A stretch of DNA of 64,000 nt from Bacilli bacterium (lineage in GTDB: Bacteria > Bacillota_I > Bacilli_A > RF39 > UBA660), in NCBI GenBank assembly GCA_900768815.1, contig CAAGEE010000002.1:4252-68251 (forward strand), in the 5' to 3' direction. The notes beneath the pieces were generated by a model that searched no databases, had not been told where the DNA came from, and was given only the letters and a program-made list of their open reading frames with translations. A program made the position numbers and the translations under genes. This document shows, piece after piece, positions 16,798 through 26,212 of this stretch (position 1 is its first letter; each line of letters begins with the position of its first letter).

Positions 16798-19410
16798 ATG
16801 AAAAAGATTATTTTAGTTGATGGAAATAACTTATTATTTAGGAGCTTTTATGCTACGGCTTATCAAGGTGTTATTATGAGAAACTCTAAAGGTTTTCCTA
16901 CTAATGCATTATATGGTTTTATTAATATGATAAATAAAATTATAAAAGAAGAAGAACCAAGTTATATATTAGTGGCATTTGATAAAGGAAAAACTTTTAG
17001 ACATGATAAATATTTAGACTATAAGGCAGGAAGAGTTGCGGTACCAGACGAGTTAAAACAACAGTTTCCAAAAGCTAAAGAAGTATTAGATGCTTTAGGT
17101 ATTAAGCATTTTGAAATAGATAATTATGAAGCAGATGATATTATTGGAACACTTGCTAGAATAGTTGATGAAGAAGATGAGTTTATTGCAACTATTGTTA
17201 GTAGTGATAAAGATTTGTTACAACTTATTAGTGATGAAGTTACCGTTAAATTATTAAAGACTTCTGGACATATAATGATGGACAGAGATGAGTTCATGAA
17301 GACTTATCAAGTTGAACCAGCTAGAATGGTTGACTTAAAAGCACTTATGGGAGATGCAAGTGATCATATACCGGGAGTTAAAGGAATAGGTGAAAAGACT
17401 GCTATTAATTTACTTGTTAAGTATGGAACCTTAGATAATTTATATGCAAATATAGATTCAGTTACTGGGAAGACTAAGGAAAAGTTAATTAATGATAAAG
17501 ATAATGCTTATATGAGTTATGATTTAGCAACTATATATAGACAGGTACCATTAGATTTTACTTTAGAAGATTGTAAATATAATTTTGTAAATAACGAAAA
17601 ATTCGTAAATATATTGGAAGAATTAGAGTTTCATTCATTACTTAGGAAATTAAGTTTAGATAGTGTTGTTTCTTCTAAAAAAGAAGATGTTAAGGAAGAA
17701 GAAAAAATCATTATAAAAGATATTAGTGAATTTAGTGAAAAAGACTTTGCTTTTTATTTAGAAACTAGAGGTTCTATATATAGTAAGAGTGAAGTATTAG
17801 GTATTGGTATTTATGATGGTGAGAATGGATATTTTATAAAACGGGAAGAAATAGATAAATATAAATATCTTTTTGAGATGGATTGTTGTAAATATACGTA
17901 TGATTATAAGAAGAGTTTAGTTGTTTTAAATAAATATGGGGTTAAGTTTAGAAATGTTTATTTTGATACGATGATTGCTACTTATTTACTCGATTATGTA
18001 GTTAAAGATGATATCAGTTTTGTAGCTAAAAGTTTTGATTATCAATTACCTGTTTATGAAGATGTATATGGTACTGATAAAAGGCCAATAGATGTTAGTG
18101 AAGATACTTTAAAAGATATTTGTATTAGAAAAGCTAAGTTTATTTATGAAACAAGAGAGAAAATACTTAATGAGTTGAGTGAAGATGGAGAACTTGATTT
18201 ATTTATGAATATTGAGATGCCTTTAACAGAAGTTTTAGCTGATATGGAAATTACAGGAGTTAAAGTAGATGTACCATATTTAAGTAAAGTAGAAGCAGAA
18301 CTTGCTGAACAATTAAAGAATAAAGAACAAGAAATATATGATTTAGCCGGAGTTAAGTTTAATATTATGTCTCCAGTACAACTTGCTAAAGTTTTATTTA
18401 AAGATTTAGCAATTCCTTATCCTAAGAAAGTTAAAGATAATAAGTATTCGACAAGTAAAGATATTTTGGATAAGATTGTATTTGTCCATCCTATAGTAGA
18501 GAAAATATTAGAATATAGAACACTTGCTAAATTATATACAAATTATGCAGTTGGCTTAAAAGAAGAAGTTAGAGAAGATGGTAGAATTCATACTATCTTT
18601 ACACAGACTTTAACTAGAACAGGTAGACTTTCTAGTATTAGTCCTAATTTACAAAATATACCGGCTAGATCTGAATATTCAGCATTAATTAGAAAAGCTT
18701 TTATACCAGATGAAGATTCTAAGATGTTGTCAAGTGATTATTCACAGGTTGAACTTAGAATATTTGCATCTATGTCTAAGGCTACTAATTTGATAAATGC
18801 TTTTATAAATGAAGAGGATATACATGCTAGAACTGCTGCTGATATATTTAAAGTTGATATAGATAAAGTTACTAAAGATATGAGAAGAACAGCTAAAGCA
18901 GTTAACTTTGGTATTTTATATGGAATTAGTAGTTTTGGATTATCAGAAGACTTAGGAATAGATGTTAAGACTGCTAAAAGGTTTATTGATGATTATTTAG
19001 AAACTTATCCAGGTATTAGAGATTTTCAGGCTAAAGAAATAGCGGATGCTTATGCTAATGGATACGTTAGAACTTTAATGAATAGGAAAAGAGTAATAGA
19101 AGAGTTAAAGAATAAGAATTATATGATACGATCTTCTGGAGAAAGAATGGCTTTAAATACACCTATTCAAGGTACAGCTGCTGATATATTAAAGAAGGCT
19201 ATGGTTGAAATATTTAGAGAGTTTAATAAACGTGGTTTGAAGAGTAAAATGTTAATTCAAGTACACGATGAACTTGTGTTTAATGTTTTAAATAGTGAAC
19301 TTGACGAAGTAAAAGAGATAGTTAGAGATGTAATGGAAAATACCTTTAAAATAGATGTACCATTGAAAGTAGATATTGAGGTTGGTAATAACTGGTATGA
19401 GGCTAAGTAG
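16798..19410 (+). CDS. polA: DNA polymerase I
   Basis: 870 aa. 5'-3' exonuclease N-terminus, DYSQVELRI and QVHDELVF polymerase motifs. Confidence 0.97.
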   Translation: MKKIILVDGNNLLFRSFYATAYQGVIMRNSKGFPTNALYGFINMINKIIKEEEPSYILVAFDKGKTFRHDKYLDYKAGRVAVPDELKQQFPKAKEVLDALGIKHFEIDNYEADDIIGTLARIVDEEDEFIATIVSSDKDLLQLISDEVTVKLLKTSGHIMMDRDEFMKTYQVEPARMVDLKALMGDASDHIPGVKGIGEKTAINLLVKYGTLDNLYANIDSVTGKTKEKLINDKDNAYMSYDLATIYRQVPLDFTLEDCKYNFVNNEKFVNILEELEFHSLLRKLSLDSVVSSKKEDVKEEEKIIIKDISEFSEKDFAFYLETRGSIYSKSEVLGIGIYDGENGYFIKREEIDKYKYLFEMDCCKYTYDYKKSLVVLNKYGVKFRNVYFDTMIATYLLDYVVKDDISFVAKSFDYQLPVYEDVYGTDKRPIDVSEDTLKDICIRKAKFIYETREKILNELSEDGELDLFMNIEMPLTEVLADMEITGVKVDVPYLSKVEAELAEQLKNKEQEIYDLAGVKFNIMSPVQLAKVLFKDLAIPYPKKVKDNKYSTSKDILDKIVFVHPIVEKILEYRTLAKLYTNYAVGLKEEVREDGRIHTIFTQTLTRTGRLSSISPNLQNIPARSEYSALIRKAFIPDEDSKMLSSDYSQVELRIFASMSKATNLINAFINEEDIHARTAADIFKVDIDKVTKDMRRTAKAVNFGILYGISSFGLSEDLGIDVKTAKRFIDDYLETYPGIRDFQAKEIADAYANGYVRTLMNRKRVIEELKNKNYMIRSSGERMALNTPIQGTAADILKKAMVEIFREFNKRGLKSKMLIQVHDELVFNVLNSELDEVKEIVRDVMENTFKIDVPLKVDIEVGNNWYEAK

Positions 19411-19424
19411 GAGTTTTGAAAGTT

Positions 19425-19778
19425 ATGGAGTATACGTATAATATTTACAATGATATTTATTATTTGATGTTAGCTGGTAAGAAAGATATTGAAGTTAGAT
19501 TATTAAATGAAAAGTCAGAAAAAATTTTAGTAGGAGATTTTATAACATTTAATAATCTTGATGAAAAGGGTAAATATATTAAAACAAAGATTATTAAAAA
19601 AACTATTTATAAAGATGTAGATGAACTACTTTTAGATAATGATATTGAAAGGATTCTTCCGGGAAGGTCTAAAGAAGATTTGGTTGAGATATTGGTTAAG
19701 ATATTTAAAGAAGATTTTAATAGTAGTAAACTGGTAGCTTTTAAGTTTAAATATATAGATAGTAATTTTGATGCTTAG
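19425..19778 (+). CDS. ASCH (PUA-like) domain protein
   Basis: Small protein between polA and mutM. The GKKDIEVRLLNEK...GDFITF pattern resembles ASCH domains. Start 19416 or 19425. Confidence 0.5.
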   Translation: MEYTYNIYNDIYYLMLAGKKDIEVRLLNEKSEKILVGDFITFNNLDEKGKYIKTKIIKKTIYKDVDELLLDNDIERILPGRSKEDLVEILVKIFKEDFNSSKLVAFKFKYIDSNFDA

Positions 19779-19798
19779 GTTAATTTGGAGGTGGAGTT

Positions 19799-20620
19799 AT
19801 GCCTGAAAAACCAGAGGTAATAACAGTTAGTAATAGTTTAAGACCGAGATTAGTAGGAAAGAAGATTACGAGATGTAATGTTTACTGGGATAATATTATT
19901 TCCTATCCAACAACAGATGAATTCAAAAAGGAAATTATTGGTCAAAAGATTTTAGATGTTACCACACGTGGCAAATTTATTAAAGTGCTATTAGATAGAG
20001 ATGTATTACTTATTCATTTAAGAATGGAAGGAAAGTTTTTCTTTAGAAAGAAGAATGATCCAATTGTAAAACATGAACATGTTGAATTTATATTAGATGA
20101 TGATATTAGTTTTAGATATCATGATGTTAGAAAGTTTGGAAAGATGTATTTAATTGATAAAGATAAAGTTAATGATGTTAAACCTTTATCAGAACTTGGA
20201 TATGAATTTGACGATAGTGATTTAACTAAAAAATATTTATATGAAAGACTTCATAATAAGAAGTTACCAATAAAGATAGTTTTACTTGATCAAAGTATTA
20301 TTACGGGTATTGGTAATATTTATGTTGATGAGATACTCTTTAGAAGCAAGATTAGCCCATATAGAAAGTCTTGTGATATTTCAATAGATGAGTGTGATGA
20401 GATAATTAAAAATATTAGATTAGTTTTAAAAGAGGCTATAAAAAAAGGTGGAACAACAATTAAGAGTTTTACATCTAGTGAAGGGGTACATGGTTTATTT
20501 CAAAATGAGTTATTAGTACATGGTAAGAAAAATGCTAAATGTCCTGTTTGTGATACTAAAATAGAAGTATGTAGAATAGGTGGAAGAGGTACTTATTACT
20601 GTACTAAGTGTCAAAAATAA
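19799..20620 (+). CDS. mutM: formamidopyrimidine-DNA glycosylase
   Basis: N-terminal MPEKPEV (catalytic Pro2/Glu3), H2TH region, C-terminal CxxC...CxxC zinc finger. Adjacent to polA as in Bacillus. Confidence 0.93.
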   Translation: MPEKPEVITVSNSLRPRLVGKKITRCNVYWDNIISYPTTDEFKKEIIGQKILDVTTRGKFIKVLLDRDVLLIHLRMEGKFFFRKKNDPIVKHEHVEFILDDDISFRYHDVRKFGKMYLIDKDKVNDVKPLSELGYEFDDSDLTKKYLYERLHNKKLPIKIVLLDQSIITGIGNIYVDEILFRSKISPYRKSCDISIDECDEIIKNIRLVLKEAIKKGGTTIKSFTSSEGVHGLFQNELLVHGKKNAKCPVCDTKIEVCRIGGRGTYYCTKCQK

Positions 20621-20907
20621 TAATTAGAAGATGTTACTTTTATATATTTAAAAAGTAACTAGTGGATAAAATTATATTTTTTAGAGGGTGTTTTCTTTGA
20701 AAACATCTTTTTCTTTAGGGGAAAGTTAAAATTTGAGACTTTATCATTGACAAAAATGATTAATTCTTTTATTATAGTGAGCTAATTCAGGAATATATTT
20801 TTAGTAACTATATTAAGGGTTCGGTTGATTATAATTATCCTCTTGATAAATAGGAAAAATTATGTATAAAAGTGCATAATTTTAAAAAAAATAATATTGG
20901 GAGGAAA

Positions 20908-21113
20908 ATAGGAAAAAAATTTTACAAAACGTTTTATTTGTACTTATTGTTGCTTTTGGATTTATGTTAGTTAGTACTAATGTATATGCAGAAGAAGTTG
21001 GTGAAATTACTCCTCCAAATACAGGTGTTTCTACAGGAAATGATAATTTACTATTATTACTTTCATTAGTTACTGTTTGAACTGTTGGATTTGCTTTAAC
21101 AAAGAAAAACTAA
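20908..21113 (+). pseudogene. decayed gene for a very small sortase substrate (signal peptide + PPNTG sorting signal)
   Basis: GGGAGG RBS 20899-904. The frame reads KKILQNVLFVLIVAFGFMLVSTNVYA/EEVGEITPPNTGVSTGNDNLLLLLSLVTV*TVGFALTKKN*. No canonical in-frame start. A7 run at 20913-19. In-frame TGA at 21078-80. Confidence 0.45.
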
Positions 21114-21138
21114 TTGTAAGAATTAGAATAAAAGAGGG

Positions 21139-21855
21139 ATGTTTGTGAAAAGAAAAGTTTTTAAAATTAGTTTCTTTATAGTAGTTGTATTTATTGTTGG
21201 TTTAGTGTTTTATAACAATAGTCAATTTATAAAGAACAAAAAAGAACAATCTAATTTAGAAAAAGTAGTAATAAAGTATGAAAAAATTAGTAAGGAAGAG
21301 AATAGTTCTAATGTTATTTTAGAATATCAAAAAGAGTTTAATAATACAGATATTTTAGGGGAATTATCTATTACTAATGCTAATTTAGTAGTACCTGTTG
21401 TTCAAGCAAGTGATAATGAGTATTATTTGAATCATTTACTTGATAAAAGTTATAATACGTTAGGTAGTGTATTTTTAGATTATAGAAATAAAGTTGATGA
21501 TCGAAAGATATTAATATATGGGCATAATTCTAAGTTGGCTGATACAGAATTTAAGTTACTTGAGAATTATTCTGATAAAAATTATTATACAGAACATAGT
21601 GATATTTATTTTAAAACGATAGATAATAATTACCGCTATAAAATATTCTCGGTATATATAGCTACTACTGATTATCGCCACGTTAATTTAAAATTTGATG
21701 ATAATGGTTATAAAGAACATTTACGTTGGTTAAAGAGTCAATCTTTATATGAAACTTCAGTTGATGTTTATAATGAAGATATTTTAGTTCTTCAGACTTG
21801 TTACTATAATCCAGAAGGTTCATTTCTAATAGTAGCAGCTAAAAAAGTTGCTTAA
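21139..21855 (+). CDS. class B-like sortase
   Basis: N-terminal TM. DILGELSI...VVQASDNEYYLNH...ILIYGHNS (His) ... VLQTC (Cys). GTG 21145 has better RBS spacing than ATG 21139. No Arg after the Cys (see findings). Confidence 0.8.
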   Translation: MFVKRKVFKISFFIVVVFIVGLVFYNNSQFIKNKKEQSNLEKVVIKYEKISKEENSSNVILEYQKEFNNTDILGELSITNANLVVPVVQASDNEYYLNHLLDKSYNTLGSVFLDYRNKVDDRKILIYGHNSKLADTEFKLLENYSDKNYYTEHSDIYFKTIDNNYRYKIFSVYIATTDYRHVNLKFDDNGYKEHLRWLKSQSLYETSVDVYNEDILVLQTCYYNPEGSFLIVAAKKVA

Positions 21856-21896
21856 AAAAATAAGAATTATCAAATTAAAGATAATTCTTATTTTTT
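21855..21896. terminator. bidirectional terminator
   Basis: AATAAGAATTATC / GATAATTCTTATT 13-bp stem flanked by A- and T-runs, between convergent genes. Confidence 0.75.
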
Positions 21897-22217
21897 GGGT
21901 TTTTCTAATAATGACCAGTATTGTTTATATAGTTTTTGAACACTGTTTTCTAAGAAATAATAATAGAATATATATGGTATAAAAAGTACCATTGTAGCAA
22001 GAAATGGAATGTATAGTATTATATTGTAAACGTTGGCAAATAAGAAAAAAAATATAGTTATACTACCAACAAAGACTGTTACGATTAAGTGAACTAATCT
22101 TTCGTGTTGCCAAAAGTTTATTTGTGTTAGATGTTTTGCAGGCAGGTCTTTTTCAATCTTTTCTTCTTTTAGAACTTTATCGATGTATTCTAAATAATCT
22201 TTTAAATTTTCTTTCAT
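21888..22217 (-). CDS. small two-TM membrane protein, unknown function
   Basis: 109 aa. Charged N-terminus followed by two hydrophobic spans. Sits downstream of gmk where rpoZ is usually found. Confidence 0.55.
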   Translation of the reverse strand: MKENLKDYLEYIDKVLKEEKIEKDLPAKHLTQINFWQHERLVHLIVTVFVGSITIFFFLFANVYNIILYIPFLATMVLFIPYIFYYYFLENSVQKLYKQYWSLLEKPKK

Positions 22218-22237
22218 ATAAACTCCTTAATATCTTT

Positions 22238-22915
22238 TTAAATCTTTTCTGTTATAGTTGAATTATCATAATCTTCTTCCATTAATAATTCGTGGATTTC
22301 TTCTTCTTTGGTATCTAGATAAACTTCTTCAATACGATCAACACGACATTTTTCAGCCTTGATTATAGCTTCAACTTTATCGACGGTATCTTCTAAGGTG
22401 TCATTTACAACTACGTAGTTATATTTTGTTACATCATTTATTTCTTTATAGGTTTTATGGAAACGTTCTAGTAATTTATCATTGCTATCAGTGTTTCTTT
22501 TTTTTAGTCTTTTTACAAGAGTTTTTATAGATGGTGGCATGATAAAGATAAAGATTGATTCTGGAAGAAGTTTTTTTATGTTACTAGCTCCTTCTATTTC
22601 TATTTCTAAAATTACATCAATACCTTGGTCTAGTTTTTCTTTAATTTGACCTTTTGGAGTACCATAGTAGTTTCCAACGTAGTTGGTGTATTCTAGAAAG
22701 TAACCTTCTTCTATTTTTTTTTCAAACTCTTCTTTTGAAACAAAGTTATAAGTAGTACCTGGTATATCATTTGTTCTTATTGGTCTTGAAGTAGTTGATA
22801 CAGACAACCATAAGTTTTTCTTTCTTTTTAAAAGTTCTGCAATAACTGTTCCTTTTCCTCCTCCTGATGGGGAAGATATTACAATGACTTGACCTGTTTT
22901 TTTACTTTTTATCAT
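22238..22915 (-). CDS. gmk: guanylate kinase
   Basis: P-loop SPSGGGKGT, TTSRPIR, YYGT motifs. About 20 aa of acidic C-terminal extension. Confidence 0.92.
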   Translation of the reverse strand: MIKSKKTGQVIVISSPSGGGKGTVIAELLKRKKNLWLSVSTTSRPIRTNDIPGTTYNFVSKEEFEKKIEEGYFLEYTNYVGNYYGTPKGQIKEKLDQGIDVILEIEIEGASNIKKLLPESIFIFIMPPSIKTLVKRLKKRNTDSNDKLLERFHKTYKEINDVTKYNYVVVNDTLEDTVDKVEAIIKAEKCRVDRIEEVYLDTKEEEIHELLMEEDYDNSTITEKI

Positions 22916-22917
22916 AT

Positions 22918-24066
22918 TTATTCTCCCTTTATTATATGTTGATATTCTTGTTTAATTAGTTCGGACTGTTTTTCGTTAGGTAGACTTAGAGCATATATTT
23001 TAGTGGTTTCTATTTCAAAGGCTAACATAGGATCTTTTTCTTTAGTTATTTTACTTATTAGTGGGATTGTTAGATCTTTTTTGATAGAGTTTAAGTATTT
23101 TCTACCTGTTTCATTTAAACCTAAGATTCTAATATAGGTTATGTTACTAAATTGTTCTTTTTCTTCTTTAGTAAAATTACATAAAATATGAAGTAACATT
23201 CTAGATAGTTTGTTGTAAGTATATCTTTTACTTTTAAGACGAGTTATTAAATCATCATAAGAAGTTGCGTTTAGGATTTCTTTTTTTAATAATTTATCAA
23301 TTCCTTCGTCGACTGTATTATAAATAGATAAGTCTTTTTCAGTGATTATTTTATATTTTAAGAGTGGATAATAGTCTTCTATAAAATGAAAAGCTGTTAA
23401 ATACTTTTTTGTATATTCTGGAACTTGATTATCAATATTTTTATTTTCTTTTAGAGCTAGTCTTATAGAAGTAGCACTTGATATTTTTTCTTCAATATTT
23501 TTACCATGATAATCATTTGTTCTTTTTATAGTTTCTGGTATTATTTTATAGTTGTTTTTCAGAATTGTTTTGATGTAACTTACTCCTAAAAGATCGTTTG
23601 GAGTGGTAATTATTTCATTAGTTAAATCTTTGATTGCTAGTGAGATTGCGGTTGGATAATTTTTACCGAATTTAGAATAAATTTTTACTAATTTATCAAA
23701 ATCGGGATTATTATTTTGAGTTTTAGCAATTAGTTTTAAAGTTTCTATGTTGTTTGATTCACTACCGAAAATAACTTTTGTAACATGAAGTTGCTCAAGG
23801 AGTGTTATAGCACCATAACTAAAATAGTCAGCACTTTGAGTTGCAAATGGGAATGGTAGTTCTATTACTAAGTCGGCACCAGACTTTAGAGCTATCTCGG
23901 TTCTTTTCCATTTATCGATAATTGCAACATCGCCACGTTCTGTGAAGTTACCAGTCATTACTAAAATAATAGGGGAATCTTTATACTTTTCTTTAATCTT
24001 TTTTAGGTGATAAAGATGTCCATTATGAAAGGGATTATACTCTGCAATAACACCAATACTTTCCAT
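22918..24066 (-). CDS. tmcAL: tRNA(Met) cytidine acetate ligase (YlbM/TmcAL nucleotidyltransferase)
   Basis: AEYNPFHNGHLYHL (HxGH). About 380 aa. ATG at 24066 follows GAGGTAAAAAT; the track start 24120 adds 18 unlikely residues. Confidence 0.85.
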   Translation of the reverse strand: MESIGVIAEYNPFHNGHLYHLKKIKEKYKDSPIILVMTGNFTERGDVAIIDKWKRTEIALKSGADLVIELPFPFATQSADYFSYGAITLLEQLHVTKVIFGSESNNIETLKLIAKTQNNNPDFDKLVKIYSKFGKNYPTAISLAIKDLTNEIITTPNDLLGVSYIKTILKNNYKIIPETIKRTNDYHGKNIEEKISSATSIRLALKENKNIDNQVPEYTKKYLTAFHFIEDYYPLLKYKIITEKDLSIYNTVDEGIDKLLKKEILNATSYDDLITRLKSKRYTYNKLSRMLLHILCNFTKEEKEQFSNITYIRILGLNETGRKYLNSIKKDLTIPLISKITKEKDPMLAFEIETTKIYALSLPNEKQSELIKQEYQHIIKGE

Positions 24067-24218
24067 ATTTTTACCTCGTTTCTTGGTATTTAGTTTAACA
24101 CAATTTTTAGTAAAATACAATTTTTGAAGAAGTTCTTTTATTTACATATTTGTTAGTATGAGTTATAATTTATTTGAATATGATTAAGTAGAAATTTATC
24201 TTTAGAATGGGTGATATA

Positions 24219-25295
24219 ATGAGAGCGGTTGTTGTTGCTGGGGGTACTGGGGGACATATATATCCAGCTATTGCGATTATTAATAAAATTAAAATGATGG
24301 AACCGGATAGTTCGTTTTTATATATTGGAACAACAGATAGAATGGAAAAAGATATTATTCCAAAGCTTGGTATAGAATATGTTGGTATTGAAATGGCAGG
24401 TTTAAATAGAAAGAAGATATTTGATAATTTTAGAATTTTAGGTTTATATAAAAAAGCCGTTAATAGAGCAAGGGAAGCTATAAAAGAATTTAATCCTGAT
24501 ATAGTTATTGGAGTTGGAGGATATATAACGGCGCCAGTATTATATGCTGCTCATAAATTGAAATATAAAATAGTTATTCATGAACAAAATTCAATACCTG
24601 GTTTATCTAATAAGTTTTTAGCAAGATATGCTGATAAGATATTTGTATCTTTACCAGGCAGTGTTAAATATTTTAATAAAGATAAGACTGTTTATACGGG
24701 AAATCCTAGAAGTGAGGAAATTATTGATGCTAAGTTAGTTAGTAGAGAAAAGTATGGTTTTGTTAAAGATAAAAAATTAGTTATAATAGTTATGGGATCT
24801 TTAGGATCTGTTACAATGACTAGAAAAATACAAGAATTAATCCCTTGTTTTAATGATAAAAAATATCAAGTTTTAATTATTACAGGTAAGAATTATTATG
24901 ATAATTATAAAAATATAAAAGTTAATTCTAATGTTAAAATTTTACCTTTTTTGGATAATTTAATTGGGTTAATGAAAGATACTGATTTGATTGTTTCTAG
25001 AGCTGGAGCTTCAACTATAGCAGAAATTACCGCTATTGGGTTACCTGCTATACTTGTACCTTCTCCTTATGTTGCTCATAATCATCAGTATATGAATGCT
25101 AAAGAGTTGGAGAATAGTTCGGCTTGTTGCATTGTTAGTGAAGAGGAGTTTTCTAAGAATATATTAATCAAAAAGATTGATGAATTATTAGAAAATGATA
25201 AGTTGTATGAAAAGATGCATGAGGCTAGTAGAAAGCTTGGAGTTACTGATTCGGCAACTAGAATATACAGGGAAATTAAAAAGTTAGTAGGGTGA
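24219..25295 (+). CDS. murG: UDP-GlcNAc:lipid I GlcNAc transferase MurG
   Basis: AGGTGGHIYPA N-terminal motif, GT-B architecture, followed by murB. Confidence 0.95.
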   Translation: MRAVVVAGGTGGHIYPAIAIINKIKMMEPDSSFLYIGTTDRMEKDIIPKLGIEYVGIEMAGLNRKKIFDNFRILGLYKKAVNRAREAIKEFNPDIVIGVGGYITAPVLYAAHKLKYKIVIHEQNSIPGLSNKFLARYADKIFVSLPGSVKYFNKDKTVYTGNPRSEEIIDAKLVSREKYGFVKDKKLVIIVMGSLGSVTMTRKIQELIPCFNDKKYQVLIITGKNYYDNYKNIKVNSNVKILPFLDNLIGLMKDTDLIVSRAGASTIAEITAIGLPAILVPSPYVAHNHQYMNAKELENSSACCIVSEEEFSKNILIKKIDELLENDKLYEKMHEASRKLGVTDSATRIYREIKKLVG

Positions 25296-25301
25296 GATAC
25301 G

Positions 25302-26207
25302 ATGAATGTATTAGAGAAAATTATAAAGTCTGATTTAGGTAGAGTAGAGACAAATCCGTTTTTAAGTAAATATACGACTTATAAAGTCGGGGGTAAGGCT
25401 TTAGCAATTGTTTATCCTAAAAATACTAGTTGTTTAATTAATTTATTAAAGTTACTTAATGAAAATAATATTAAATATAAGATTATAGGAAATGGTTCTA
25501 ATTTACTTTTTAGTGATTCGTTGTTTGATGGTGTAATCATTAAATTATCTTCTTTTGATGGGGTACAGTTTTTTGGGAATAATAAAGTTAAAGTTGGAGC
25601 TGGTTTTTCTTTAATTAAGCTTTCTTTACTTGCTGCTAAAAAGGGACTTGCTGGATTAGAGTTTGCATCTGGAATACCTGGTACAGTAGGTGGAGCTATT
25701 TTCATGAATGCTGGTGCTTATAAGAGTGATATGGGTTATATTGTTCAAGAGGTTAAGGTACTTACGCCAGATTATAAAATTATTACACTTGAAAATAAAG
25801 AGTTGAATTTCCATTATCGTTCGTCTTTTTTACAAAAGCATCCAGAGTATATATGTTTAGAAGCAATTATTAAGTTACAACAAGGTGATAGAGAATTAAT
25901 TGAAGATGTTATAAAAGAAAGAAGAGAGAGAAGAATTAGTTCACAACCTTTAGAGTATCCATCAGCAGGCTCAGTATTTCGTAATCCAGAAGATGGTTTT
26001 GCAGGTAAGATGATAGAAGATTTGGGTTTAAAAGGATATAGAATTGGTGGGGCTATGGTTAGTGAGAAACATGCTAATTTTATTATTAATTATAATAATG
26101 CAACTAGTAGTGATATAAAGAATTTAATTGATTATGTACATGATCAGGTTTTAGAAAAATATAATGTTGATTTAAAAGTAGAACAAGAATTTGTAAACTG
26201 GGAGTAG
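25302..26207 (+). CDS. murB: UDP-N-acetylenolpyruvoylglucosamine reductase
   Basis: FAD-binding PCMH domain (IGNGSNLLF), GSVFRNP, C-terminal MurB domain. Confidence 0.95.
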   Translation: MNVLEKIIKSDLGRVETNPFLSKYTTYKVGGKALAIVYPKNTSCLINLLKLLNENNIKYKIIGNGSNLLFSDSLFDGVIIKLSSFDGVQFFGNNKVKVGAGFSLIKLSLLAAKKGLAGLEFASGIPGTVGGAIFMNAGAYKSDMGYIVQEVKVLTPDYKIITLENKELNFHYRSSFLQKHPEYICLEAIIKLQQGDRELIEDVIKERRERRISSQPLEYPSAGSVFRNPEDGFAGKMIEDLGLKGYRIGGAMVSEKHANFIINYNNATSSDIKNLIDYVHDQVLEKYNVDLKVEQEFVNWE

Positions 26208-26212
26208 ATTAA

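Noticed and set aside
20620-20900. The long mutM-sortase intergenic region was scanned for a riboswitch, sRNA or small ORF.
   Set aside because: I found only two terminator-like hairpins (about 20632-60 and 20687-20715) and a TTGACA promoter-like hexamer. There are no conserved riboswitch motifs I recognise and no ORF with an RBS other than the decayed substrate gene.
21078-21080. In-frame TGA in the mini sortase-substrate frame as a sign of TGA=Trp (Mollicutes-type code 4) decoding.
   Set aside because: Conserved genes here terminate naturally at TGA (dtd at 6663-65, GT-C-like paralogue 2 at 29633-35, the DUF421 gene at 47394-96). All housekeeping proteins are full length under the standard code. 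A local lesion is therefore the simpler reading.
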